Below are positions 13,887-26,808 of a stretch of 64,000 nucleotides of DNA, one piece after another. The notes beneath the pieces are model-generated. The model was given only the letters and a program-made list of their open reading frames with translations, did no database searches and was not told where the DNA came from. How positions within the stretch are numbered: position 1 is the stretch's first letter; every line of letters begins with the position of its first letter. Both the position numbers and the translations under genes were made by a program. Source of the DNA: the human T2T-CHM13v2.0 reference genome, Homo sapiens; the NCBI RefSeq assembly GCF_009914755.1, contig NC_060928.1. The stretch is one strand, 5' to 3'.

Positions 13887-14619
13887 CTACTTATGATGGA
13901 ATTCTTTAGGCCCCAGAGGAATCATTTACTCTTATTTCTGACCCAGTTATATAGTTTGAAATCCCACAGCAGATTGTACCTTATCTGAGAGCAGGCATCT
14001 TGTTGGAGACAGAGATGCTGACTCTAGCATGATGAAGGGACAACTGTCAAGTCTGACACTGAGAGAAGCGACAATACTTACAAAAAGCAGATGGAGAAGT
14101 GTAAAAGAGGGGAGGAGAGAGAGTAGGATGAAATGGACAGTCATTCGGCTTTTCTAATGGGAAGAAACAATCCTGCCACTTAGGTGACTCCTGACGGCAT
14201 TGTTTTATTACCAAACAAAAATTAAAATTGACCTTTAAAAATATATATACATATATATTTATGTTCACTAAAAAATTATTTAATACATTCAATCCACAGA
14301 TAGTCTCTAGGTTGTTTGAGGTCACATTCCTGTTATGTTTAAGGATCTTCACTGATGCCCTTTGACAATGTCTCTTTCAGGCTTCTCTCCTTTTTTTATA
14401 GCATGTAAGAAAATGTGCACATTTTCTGCACATGAGTGGTACTGGTTTTTATAAGTATTACAGGAGGGGAACACATTGTTGAGTTCATTGGTGATTTCAC
14501 CCCCAAGAAACAAAGACCCTCCTGACCCAGGAGGAAAGTAGAGCAGTTGCATTTTATAATGAAAATATTATTGTGTCACATTATTATGACTATTTTTCAG
14601 TGGGTGATTCAGTAAATGC

Positions 14620-14885
14620 AGCATATGCTTAGTAAATATGGATGCACAGTGTCTGAAACCAGACTGCCAGGGTTCAAATCACAGCATGGCCATTTACTAT
14701 CATCATTGTGACCTTGAACAAGTTACTTCATCCTTTCTCATTTCATTTTCCTCATTGATGAATAGTGATTATTAATAGTGCTTTACCTCATAAGACTGTG
14801 ACGAGGATAAAAGGAGTTTTCAGAGAGACAGAAAAAGTGAAAGAGAAGATCTGTCAAAATAGTCAATAAATATCAACTATTATTT
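14620..14885 (+). mobile_element. MIR SINE
   Basis: CCAGACTGCCAGGGTTCAAATC...TGTGACCTTGAACAAGTTACTT...TCAATAAATAT. Confidence 0.8.
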
Positions 14886-15976
14886 ATAAACAATTACTTA
14901 CAGTTGCAAGGCTTATTTCAATCTAGAAATAATATGTGCTTTAAGAGAAAATGCATGTTTTTTTAATCACATGTAGAGAGTGTGCTTTGTAAGGATGCAA
15001 GAAAAAAATATTCTATATTACTATATGTCTAGTAAATGTGTATTGTACAGCTAGTTATAGCTGAGTTTATTTTGTGGATTCACAAAATATTAGTTTGAAA
15101 TCAAATTGGTATTTTTTGTATTTTAAGTATGTTGAACTCAATTTTATGATTTCTAATGTTAGTGTATATCTTATGGGTAGACCAATTTTTTTTTGCCTGT
15201 ACTGACATATTTTGATGTTGATGTATTTGAAAACTTTGTTAACACACATGATCTAATTTATATAGTATGTGTGTTTTTATCTTATACCATGTGGTAACAC
15301 ATGTTTATTTGTGGACTGATTTAAGAATTGATAATTATACAGTCTTCACAGAACTCAGAAAAATAGTAAATTTTTACATTCATATTGGGTGTTTACCATC
15401 TTGGGAAATATAGCAAAAGGAAGAAATATCTAATGTTTTTGATTTTCTAGTATTGCCGTAAGAAAACAAAAATAATTCTCTACTTGTCCACTATTTCTGG
15501 TCCCAGACTGAAAGAAAAAAAAATAACTTTTTTTTTTATGTTTCTATATTTTGCTAAACTACAAGTGCTTGCTGTTGAGCAAGTGTGAAGCAAGCTTTCT
15601 CCTACCACTTTTGATGTCCTAAATTATGTCTTTACTCTGATTTGGCAAACATGGTGTAGGTAAATCATCTTGGAGAGTTCTTCCTAGAATGAGTTTACAA
15701 ACAAATCCACTTTATACTTATAAATTATAATAATTCCGCTTATATTGATTCATCATGAATTGTGCTCATACCCTATTAAAAAAAAAGAAAAAAAAAGACA
15801 CTCATTAGACTTAAAATTTATTAGTGGCTTAATTAGATCCTTTTCAGATCATTTTTAAAATTTTGTGTAAAATGATAAGAAGGCACTTTTTACCAGATAT
15901 AGTATATCATGGCCTGGTGAATGCTTTCCTTTTCCCCATGTCTTAATATTTTATAGATTTATTTCTCCAAAGGACC

Positions 15977-16230
15977 TGTATTAGTTAAGTTCAGGTGGAT
16001 TATGTCAATAACATATTAACACAAAATCTCAGTGGTTTCATATAACAAAAGTTTACTTCCCTTTTATTTTTTTTTCTAAAATATCAATTATGGAGCCAGG
16101 GCTCTGTTCCGTAAAGTCATTCAGGGTCTCATAACTCCACTAACCAAGGATAATGGGAAAACAATCTTTCCTGTGCCTTGACAGAAAAAAGAAGTGCTTC
16201 TTGTTGTGCACTAATAATATCTACCAAGAT
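15977..16230 (-). mobile_element. MLT1-like LTR fragment
   Basis: TGTATTAGTTA...AAAATCTCAGTGGTTTCATATAACAAAAGTTTACTTC. Confidence 0.55.
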
Positions 16231-16479
16231 CCATGTGGCTCTTTTGTCCTTGAACATATATAATAGTTTGTGTAAATTCTCAGAATTTGGTGAATACATG
16301 GGTGTTACTGTATAAACTCAGATTTATTAATCACTAAATAGCTCTAAATTTGTAAATAAATTTAATTCTTAAATTTTAAAAGAATTTTAATTAATGTTTT
16401 TACATTGACAGAAAAAGATAATCTTTCTCAGGTTATTTTTGGACATGAAATGGCAATAAATGACTGCATTGCCTACTGG

Positions 16480-16890
16480 CAATGGGTGAAAAACATGATT
16501 GAAAGCCTAAAGAACAAGTGCCATTTTTATCCTGTGAACAGCCATGCAACGAAACTGCAGCAAGCAACATACTGATATTTCTGAAGAGTCTCCTGGAAAT
16601 TTGCCAGGAAGAAAAGATGAGAGATTAAGAAGCAGAGTACGAAGATGAAATAATTATTTATTCTATTTATTAAATGTAAAAACTTTCCCTTTAAGTTGCA
16701 ATAAGAAATAAAATAAGCTACTTGAGAAAGAAGAATCTTACCGTATTGACTTTAGACATAGAGAGAATCTTAAAGTGCTTCTATGAAAAAATACACTCAT
16801 ATCTAAGATATGTAGAAAGAAATTATGCCCCTTTCTCTTCTAGTCATTGTAAATATCCTGTCTTAAAGAGCTCAAGCTATTTTGCTACTA
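16480..16890. repeat. Left arm of ~410-bp inverted duplication (partner 20564-20977)
   Basis: The reverse complement aligns colinearly with 20564-20977. Example: TCTTCTAGTCATTGTAAATATC at 16836-16857 is the exact reverse complement of 20597-20618. Confidence 0.93.
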
Positions 16891-18175
16891 ACAGCAATCA
16901 TATTACTCTTAAGTTAATCCATCTTATATACCCTCTATAAATCATAATCTAGTTAAATACATAGCAAAAATGGTGAATTGGCTCTCCTTAACCTGAGTCA
17001 TTTTAAGTTGTACTTTTAAAAAATCTTACCAATTGCTAAAAAGCTTAATTATGAAAATAACTTGCAAAAGAAATTAATGACTTTGTAAAACGAAAATGGC
17101 TTTAAAATAGACAAGCTCTAATTAAATTGATTTGGACCCAACATCTTTTTATTCAACAAACATATGTATTTAAAACAATTTTCTGCTGTAATGATTAATT
17201 ATAATTTTATTTTTAAACTGACAAAAAGAAAATAGCATACCTATTTAAATCAAGAAAAGGTAGTTTTTCTTTAAAATGGAGATTTTTAGTTTTGCTAAAT
17301 TTAAAAAAAAAGATAATGTCTCAAGTAGTAAACTAATGAGGGATTGTATGTCTGATAATAGTCTAAAATTGTCTTTTGAGCCATGTTTCCTTGACTGAAA
17401 GAGGAATGGAACAAAATAATTATCTTTTTTTTCAATCTTCTCCTCTAACATATTTCTAAGCCTTCAGAGGTTAATAGCAATTATACAAAAGATGCCTTCC
17501 CATGGCTTCAAGCCTGTCATGTTTTGTTTTGTTTGTACTCTAGAGAATGCTCTGAGGTTGATTGAGTTGTGTTTTGAATTAACGGCCTCACATCACCTTT
17601 CAAAATTTGAAACATTCTTATGACATTGTCAAAATTAGAAAAGTTGTTATCATAGTTACAGTTTTATGCAATAACAGATTGTGTCTATTTTGTTTCACTT
17701 TATTTTGGGATATACTAATTTGCTTCAAAAAATTGTATCTAGGAAATAATGAGCAATAGAATCAGAGAGAATTAGGTTTGAAATATAAGTTTTATTTAAC
17801 TTCTTTGAGATGTAATTATCTTATTTCTAAAATGAGATTATAAATATCCATATCTTCTGAGGATCAAATGGCATAACTAGTATAGTGTCTGCCATATTAT
17901 ATCCAATTAAAAAATAACATGCTATTCATTATTTTTGTCCTTACTGTTTAAGCCTTGTGTTTAAGTTTATGAGTACTTAGAAGGAATTTTTAAATGCCTA
18001 TGATTTATTTACACTTTATGCTTTAAATTATGCTTGTGAATTATTTATAGAATTTTTCTACAAATACTGAGCCAGGAAGCATATAACATTTTAATGGAAA
18101 CATAGAAAGCAATAAAAAGGTTAGAGTTATTCATTAATATAATTAGTTGTATAAGAGTAATAAGCGTATGGTTGT

Positions 18176-18538
18176 TGATATGGTTTGGCTGTGTCCCCAC
18201 CTAAATCTCACCTTGAATTCCCACCTGTTGTGGGAAGGACCTGGTGGGGGATAATTGAATCATGGGGGCAGATATTTCCCACACTGTTCTCGTGATAGTG
18301 AGTAAGTTTCACAAGATCGATGGTTATTATAAGCGGTGGGGCGGGGGTGGATTCTTGCACAAGCTGTCTCTTTGCCAGGTGCCATCCATGTTAGGCGTGA
18401 CTTGCTCCTCCTTGCCTTCCGCCATGATTGTGAGGCCTTTCCAGCCACATGGAACTGTAAGTCCATTAATCCCTTTTTCCTGTATAAATTACCCAGTCTC
18501 GGGTATGTCTTTATCAGCAGTGTGAAAATGGACTAAAT
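18176..18538 (+). mobile_element. THE1B-like solo LTR (ERVL-MaLR)
   Basis: TGATATGGTTTGGCTGTGTCCCCACC...CCATGATTGTGAGGCC...GTGTGAAAATGGACTAA, about 360 bp. Confidence 0.92.
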
Positions 18539-18582
18539 ATTTGAAATTTGGACACAATTCCACTCACTAATAATCTACTATA

Positions 18583-20700
18583 TAGCATAGGATGTTTTGA
18601 TCTGCAAGTCACAGAAAACCTCAACTTCTAGGGTAGTCCTGAGTTAGAATGAGCTTCAGGCATATAACAATCTGTGGCTAGTCATATCATCTAGAACTCA
18701 GGCTCTTTCCAATATTCTGCCTTCTGTTTGCTGGTGATCACATCAACTTCGGGCTAGAACAAGATGGCAGCAGTGTTTCCAAGCTACACTTCCAGACTCA
18801 GCCATATCAAAGAAAAAGAGGAACTGCCACTCTGTTTTCTTCTTGGAATCAAGGAAATTTTCCTGTGACCCTGGTAGACTTTTCAGAATTATCCAATTCC
18901 TACAAAATATACTAGAAAGCAAAAATTATTACTAATTTAAGGATGTAATGGATATTATTAGAGTGCCAATCAAAGACACCATATAGGTCACACTTTTAGG
19001 TACCCAGCATATAAACACACATTCTTTCCACCCATAGGCATTTAAAAAATGTCCATGCTCACTAAATACACATTCTCCAGAATGGGAAAACACAGACATA
19101 TGTAAGACCCTCAGCTCAAGTTTAGGGTCTCTGTGTTCGGTGAAGTCCTTTCCATCAATTTAGACAGTAACTGTTTATTGTCTGGTGAAGAAGTGTTTCA
19201 CTCTCTGCCCAACTTTTGGTAATTGGAAAACAGGAAAGACAACTTACATGAACACTCTTACTCAAAACATTGGAAAATCAAACCGCGGTACTGATTTATA
19301 GCACATTTTCTATTTTGCTGGAAACGTGAATACTTTTGGTTTGATAGTCAACTAAATCCCTTATTCTGCAAATCTGACAGTTGTATTTGATGAAATCTGA
19401 GATGGTAACAACTTTCTTGCCCATATCGAAATTCAGGGAATGGGGATGTGGAAAAATGCCTCACTTTGAGATTGCACATTTTTAACAGGCCCCTTCCTAT
19501 TGAGTGGGTTTGGTGAGCTGGTTTAATTATTTAATTGGTTTAATTATGGGATCTTACTCTTGGTGAGGCTTACAGTTACCTTGATATTGTAGTTCCCTTA
19601 AGAATTTATTTGGCTTCTAGCTCACTGGAGTTCAGCTCCACGGACTGGTAACCTAGGCAGAGAGCTTATCCAGCAAGTTATTTATTCTGGGAAGTCTAGT
19701 TTTAGCCACAGGCCTCAGAGCTTCGTCCACCCCTCTCTCTCGACCCTGTCATCATTATCATTTAATGACCTCTGCCATGAACGGAATCAAAAGAATAGCC
19801 TGAAGTCAGAAGACACATATATTATGTGTTCCTTCTAACTGCATTTTTAAAACAAGATTGTCTCCTTTACTAGATGAATAATGCCTAACTGGAGGTGTTT
19901 GCTAGAAATCTGGGGTTGTAGGATTTCTTTTTACTTTAATCAAATATTCTGCCCAGTCTCCATTATCCCATCTCTGCTTGCTTTATCTATGGCTTGAGTA
20001 GAAAATTTGGCTTTTCCAGTCCCCCAAATTTCCAAATTATTGAACTTCAAAGCAATTTAGATTATAGCCCAAAACCTCTTCAGGCAGAATTGTATTTTAT
20101 TCTTTCTCTGCCTTCTGATAGATCAGCTTTAGCCTAAGCATAACTCTTTCTTGAAATACCTAACTGAAAGCTGCAAGAAGTAGCCAAAACACCAATGTTC
20201 TGAAAATTTTCTGTCAGTTTCCCAAATGGGCAAGCATTTAGCCAAGTGCTTCAGAACCACACACGAAAAAGGGTAATTAACCACTAAGATTTGAAGAATA
20301 GAGCAAATTGTCTTTATCCTTGCTTTATCTCCTCTCCTCTGCCAATTTAGTGTTTTAAAGTCTGTTACTTGTGGCAGCATATTTCCGGTGACATATTCGG
20401 CATCAGGATGCTTCTGTCAACAGGTAACAGAAGACATTAACTAAACCACCTTACAAAACAATGGAAATTATACCATTTAACTAATGTAGTGGGGGTCCCC
20501 AAGTGCCATGCATGAAGGTTCAGCCCCACTGTAATTTTCTTACCTATCGTCTTTCTCTAGGACTGGTAGCAAAATACCTTCAGCTCCTTAAGATAAGATA
20601 TTTACAATGACTAGAAGAAAAAGAGAAATAATTTATTTCCAGGTATCTTAGAACAAGTATATTTTTCACAGAAGCACTTCAGAATTATTCTCTCAATGTC
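18583..20700 (-). mobile_element. Degenerate MLT1-type MaLR provirus (LTR-internal-LTR)
   Basis: Two similar reverse LTR ends: AGGATGTTTTGATCTGCAAGTCACAGAAAAC at ~18589 and AGGATGCTTCTGTCAACAGGTAACAGAAGAC at ~20405. They flank ~1.4 kb, with an internal/LTR junction-like TTTCCGGTGACATATTC just before the second. Confidence 0.45.
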
Positions 20701-20977
20701 TAAAGTCACTTATGTAAAATTCTTTTTTTCAAGTAGCTTACTTTATTTTTTATTGCAACTCAAAGAGAAAGCTTTTTACATTTAATAGATAGAACAAATA
20801 ATACTTTATCTTCTTACTCTGCATCTCATTTGCTCATCTTTTGTTTCTGGAAAATTTTCAGGAGACCCTTCAGAAATAGCATGTTGCTTGCTGAGGTTTG
20901 GTTGCATGGCTATTTACAGGAAAAAAAAATAGACACTTGTTCTTTAGGATTTCAACCATTTTTTTTTTCACCCAATG
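20564..20977. repeat. Right arm of ~410-bp inverted duplication (partner 16480-16890)
   Basis: CACTTGTTCTTTAGG at 20934-20948 is the exact reverse complement of 16506-16520 and lies on the same anti-diagonal as the 22-bp anchor. Confidence 0.93.
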
Positions 20978-23124
20978 AAAATTGCTGGGTCATCTGTGAC
21001 AGCCTCTTTTGGAAACCTGCAGTTGTCCTCAGCTGGGGTGAGAAGTTCATATTCTCCCAGGCCTGCCTTGAGATAAAGTAAAGCACTACACTTTAGAAGT
21101 GCTTCCTTTTCATCCTAACCAGGAGTTTGAATTAGGAATAGAAACATTCCTGGAGCCCTTCGTCTCTGCCAGAGTGGAGAGTGGTCCCCTTGGGAGCCCT
21201 CCTTCCTTCCACCCACAACCTCAGACAGCATTCAAACCATACAACAGCCACCCCAAACGAGCTAGGTAGACTGAAAGGAAGGAAGAGAAGGAAGGACTAA
21301 TATAAAATGCCTTAGAACATATACTTCATAATTGATGGGTCACCAACAAGAAGTGATTACTTCACACTGCAGGGAAATACTTTTCTGGAAAACAAGAGAC
21401 AAAAATAATTTTCGGATACCTGCGCGCTGACTCTGATCTAACTCTGTAGCCTGTCCTCATCCCAGTCACCTTTGTTAAGGTGTCTTTGTTGAGCCTGAGT
21501 TCTGTACAGAAACCAGAAAAGCTCGATATTCATAAACATTTCTTTAAATGCAGAAACATAGAATGTTAATGTGCATTTTTCTGAGATGGTGTTATAAGTC
21601 CAAGTATCAAAAAGCAGTAGCAAATATTAGTTTGTGTTTTCAACTCTGGAGTCTACCTAGGCCACGTGTTAAGGACATCTGTATACTTCATTAGGGAATG
21701 AGAAGCCAGGAACAATTACCTTAGAATTTTTGCATCTGCTGTCACTGTCAATACCCATTTCATACCCTTATGCACTCTGTATCCTTTGCTAAATAATTTC
21801 TGAATCTTAAAGTGTGTGTGTGCACGTGCATGTGTGTGTGCATGCATGTATGCATGGTGTTTTCCTGAAAACTCATAAAACACGAAACACTGTACACTAA
21901 ATTTCTGTAAAACAATTTAATAATATATACCACCTTATGTTACAAATATTCTTTTAAATAATTTTTCTACCTAGGCTACTCTTTAAATGGTTGTCACTAT
22001 ATTATATACTTGTTACCATATCAAAACTCAGTACTCTAATTAATATATACTGAATTTTAAAATTGCAGTAAATTTTATCTTCTCAGTGTAGTAAAAAGAC
22101 CCACTAATTTTTCAAGTAAATAATCTTGTTAATTCCTTGCTGGATGATGTTTTATGATGGTGGTTATGTGTCTCCTGTGAGCCTGTTCCCACATTCAAAT
22201 TATTTTATGTATATACTGAGACAAATAAAAAATATAATAAACACACTTAACTGATACATCTGTGGAATTTTTAAATACTTTAAGTGAAATACCTACTTTG
22301 TACAAGAAAAGGTTATAATATTACCATTTGAAAAATCAATGGTGCTTTCAGATTCCGAGGCATCTCAGTATAAATACATATTATTATTTTTACTCAAATG
22401 CATATCTGAAAATATTTTCATACTGTCATGCTAGAAAAGCACTAAAATTGCTTGAGAAGATAGCTGATATACATATATCTGGGCTAAGAAAGCAAACTTG
22501 AGTACAAGTGTTTGAGTTAAAACAGTCTTATGCATACTAAATGGACTCTGGCAACATCACACATTTACCTAAGCATTTAGAGATGGCAGTTCTTCTTAAT
22601 TTGTTCTTAATTCTGTTTTCAGAGTATTGTGATATTTTAATCTTTGGAATGCTGATGATTTATGAGTTCAAACTTGAAGACATTTTTTCTGTCAGTCTTT
22701 TAGTATTCAAATCAATGCAGGGAACACAGAATTAGATCTGGAGAGGGGAAGCAGGATTCATCCTCTCTGGGGATAACTAAGCAAATTATTTGGAACTCTG
22801 GATGCTCTTGGGCATTCAGTAGGTCAAAGTCTAAGTCCTCAAAGTAAACAGTGATGGGTCAAATTGCTGAGAGCTCCATGTGTGTAAAAAACAATTCTTT
22901 ATAGTGCCCAACATATCTGGTTAGAATATATTAATTGGTGGTTAAAAATAGAATATTTATTTTAAAACAGCTCGTTGATATAGATAAAATTGAACTAAGA
23001 TTTCTAATATTTAATGTAAATATTATTCACTTATCATTCATGCAGCACTTGCTCTATGCCAGGGACAGGCTTTGGTTCAGTGATCTCAAAAATAGTTAGT
23101 AGTGTTACCCAAATTCAAGCAGTG

Positions 23125-23600
23125 GCGTAGATTGGATACTCCAATTAGTGGACCCTGATCTTAAGATTTAGATGTAAGTGACTTATTAAGTAAGTGCTCC
23201 CAGGAAGATGTGATAAGGGAGTGGAGAAAACAGGAAATGAACGACAAAGAACCAGGCCAATGGAGAGAATTCAGTGGAAGTTTCAGACATAGCCTGATTC
23301 TGTGGGAAGCTCTGGAGGGTAAATTACAGGTCAGAGGTTGTCCTGACCCTAGACAAAGAAGTAAGGCTTTTATACTCCTGTTAGCCAGGATGGGAGGCAG
23401 TGAGGTTTTGGATGTGTGGTTAGTGCTGTCTAGGCACGTCCAGCAACTCCTGCAGGGGAGAGGACATCAGTATGCAGGGCATTCCTCTGAAGGGTGAGTT
23501 CTAAAGGTGTAAGCCTTTCAAAGCAAACAAGAATAAACTTGGGCCAGGTATGCACAGAGCTGGCCAAATTGTGGTAGTCACTGCTGGTGCTCCACACAAG
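23125..23600 (-). mobile_element. Old ERVL-type LTR (LTR16-like)
   Basis: GGACCCTGATCTTAAGATTTAGATGTAAGTGACTTATTAAGTAAGTGCTCCCAGGAAG pattern. Confidence 0.5.
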
Positions 23601-24429
23601 AATATGCAATGTTAATCATAGGAATATGTTTGGGGCACCAGAAGTGAGTCCTGTCAGAAATTCATGTTCTGGAAGGGGTGCTAAGCCTTAAAAATATGAG
23701 TGTGATACGTGCAATAATATATTGATATTGAAGGCACAATACTCAGAAAGGGGGTTGGATAACTCCCTGGATGGTAAGCATGGGAGGTCAAAGAACACTT
23801 GAGTAGAAAAATGAAGAGACATTTTAAATGCTAATCTGCTTGCTACCATAAACTAAGTATTAAAAGTGTATGTCTGGTTTGATTATCATTTTTTCTTTAA
23901 GGGAGAATTAATATTTCACTCACCGCTTAGAGAAAGGTTTCTCTTACTCAGTGTCTTGTGTTTGCTTTTCAAGTCCTACATTGTCCCACTGAAAGAATTA
24001 ATTATTGTCCTGTAAAACCTATTAAAATTCTGTCTTAGGAAAACCTATTGTCCTGCATGTCAAATATTTCTACAGTTTTATAAGTTCCTTTTGGCTTCTG
24101 CTTCTCCTAGCCTAATTTCCTCATCTTTTCTTCCAAAGTGTATTTCTCTTACCCGGTCAATGAGACCATATTCTTTCCTCATGCATAAGTGGTACTCCCA
24201 TAATCATTCCATCCTCTTCCAGCAGCAAGGAGCCACCTTATTGCCTCCTTAATTTTTTTTATGTCTCTCTTTAAGTTAGTATGTGTGATTTAATTCCCTA
24301 GAATGACCATTTGGGATTGAATTCCTGACTACCTGATAAAATTACATCACATAGACCATGATCCCAGAATACAAAGTTGTATGCTTTTATCTGGGCCTTT
24401 CTATGTTCTATTTCAAGACATCTGACTCA

Positions 24430-24650
24430 AACAATGAAGTGAGACATCTAATTTCATTTCTGCTGCTTACTCAATGTCACTTTTAACAATATATTAACCT
24501 CTCCAAGTCTTAATTCCCCAATTTAGAAAAGATAGGTAATAGTTCATGTGTAAGATGGTTGCTGTGAGAGTTATAAATGCTCAGTGCAGTGTCTGAGACA
24601 TGATAGGTCTTTAGTAGATGACAACAACTATTAATAAGAACAATAAAAAT
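24430..24650 (+). mobile_element. MIR remnant
   Basis: ATTAACCTCTCCAAGTCTTAATTCCCCAATTTAGAAAA...GCTGTGAGAGTTA...CAGTGTCTGAGACATGATAGGT. Confidence 0.55.
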
Positions 24651-24890
24651 AATAATATAGTGGCCTTACCTCAAGTTTATTAATAAGGTAGAAACACAAC
24701 TCTTTTAATTTTACCATTAAATCTTTACAGAGGGTTTATACATACAAACATACATAAAACCTCTAAGTTTTACTTAAAGATATACCTGTCTCTGATAGAT
24801 ACATATGGATTCTAGAGTTTAAATAGTCTTGATTATTTTATTCCTAAAGCTAACACAGCTTAGACCAGTATTTCTCAAACCACCTTAAAA

Positions 24891-25212
24891 AAACTCATAT
24901 ATATGTGTGTATCCCATAATCCCATACATATGTGTATGTATAAACTCATATATATGTATATCCCATAATCACATATATACACACGTATTATATATCACAT
25001 GTATATAAATGTGTGTATATATTACATGTGTATATATCACACGTATAATACATGTGTACATATCACATGTGTATATCACATGTATAATGCATGTGAATAT
25101 ATCACATGTGTATATATCACATGTATATATGTGTATGTATATATATCACATGTATATATACACACATGCATATGTACGTGTGTATGTATGTGTATATATA
25201 TACACACATATG
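24891..25212. repeat. Compound TA/CA/TG-rich micro/minisatellite
   Basis: Recurring TATATCACATGT(G/A) units and a duplicated AAACTCATATATATGT...TATCCCATAATC block. Confidence 0.9.
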
Positions 25213-25423
25213 TTATTTTATTTTACATTCAGGAGTACATATGCAGGTTTGTTATATAGGTAAATTGCATGTCACAGGGGTTTGGCATACGGATTATTTC
25301 ATCACCCAGGTAATAAACATAGTACTCGATCAGTAGTTTTCAATCCTCACCCCCATTCTACCTTCCACCCTCACATAGGTTCCCGTGTCTGTTGTTCCCT
25401 TCTTTGTGTCCATATGTACTCAA
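25213..25423 (-). mobile_element. Short L1PA15-16/L1PB 3' end
   Basis: GTACATATGCAGGTTTGTTATATAGGTAAATTGCATGTCACAGGGGTTTGG...CATCACCCAGGTAATAA. Confidence 0.8.
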
Positions 25424-26754
25424 TAGAAACACTTATATTAAGTGACATGTTAATGTATGTTCTGGAAGAACACACCAAAAAATAACTAAATTAAATTTTT
25501 TAAAATTTTGCAATTAAATATTCTTTTACAATTCAATGTGTGTATATATATATATATATGATAAATACCAGACACATTTATAGAGCTCTTATGATCATAA
25601 AATCTCTTATTTATGAAGGTATTTCTCATTCACAAATCTCATTATAAAGTTAAAGATAAATTACTTGAAATATTAAGCAAGTATATTTAACTTCTTTTAT
25701 TTATAGACAGTTTGTCCCGTTCAATAGCTGGTCTGTGTTATGTGACTTAATTTATAATTTTATATGGCTTTGTCATGTCATTAAATGCTTTTATTAAATA
25801 TGAAAAGAAAAATGCTGCTCATTTCTAACTTCAAATAAATTTTTGGCATCTGCTTTAATCCAAGAGCCCGTTTCACCTCATGGTTTCCTGATTGTGTTCC
25901 ATTGTTGCATTATAATTAGAAAAATTATACATGGGCAACTAAATTTAAACACCTTGGATTAAAAGGGAAAAATTAAGAAGAGATTGTGTTATAGGCATAA
26001 TGACGGCAGTAACATTAAGGGACACTTGACCGAAAGGCAATAATTCAAGCTACAGTACTAGCATTCAATAAGATGTTGGTTAAATACAGTACCTTGTTAA
26101 TTTTGACGTATGAATTCTACTTCATGAACGACCATTTTATTAACCATTTCAATTAGCTAACATAATTAGAATAATTCAATACCATGAACACATTAATCAA
26201 AATAGGTTCTTCAATAAACATGTCTAGACTTTAATACGTCAACCATAAATTACAATATTATTTTATTTTAGTCCTCTAACACCAAAGGGCCATATTAAAT
26301 AAAAGAGTATCAAATTAAACTTAAAAGATGTATTTTATTTTGCTCATTTATCATTCAGATATAATAGATGGGCTTTTGGCTTTCAAAATTATCCTTCACG
26401 TTTTTCTCATTTTAAATGCATGTCCTTTTTTCTTTATAAAGATGTTTGTCTCTTTATTTGTGGAAAGAGCTAAAGAAACTATTACTATACCAGAAAGACA
26501 CACACAGTTCCACAATGTCAGAGTCAGGGTTAAAACTCAGTAAAGTGTCACTTGTGCGGATGAGGTTAAGGGTAAGGATGGACTCACTAAATCTTACTCT
26601 ATTCAGAGTGGCTGAGTCTTCAAATTCTCTCTTCAGGTAACTAAATTTTATTGCATGCTTGTTAAGTGGCAGTTATTGTTCTAATAGAAGGCCTTTTATG
26701 TATATGTACTTAATCTTCACTAAAATCTCATGAGATAGAAACTCTAAAACTTTA

Positions 26755-26808
26755 AAATTATTATTTCCATTAACAGATGTGAAATTATTATTTCCATTAA
26801 CAGATGTG
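26755..26808. repeat. Perfect 27-bp tandem duplication inside a reverse MIR remnant (~26640-26850)
   Basis: AAATTATTATTTCCATTAACAGATGTG occurs twice in tandem. Confidence 0.9.

Noticed and set aside
24999-25336. Overlapping Cys/Tyr/His-rich ORFs
   Set aside because: Artefact of the TA/CA microsatellite.
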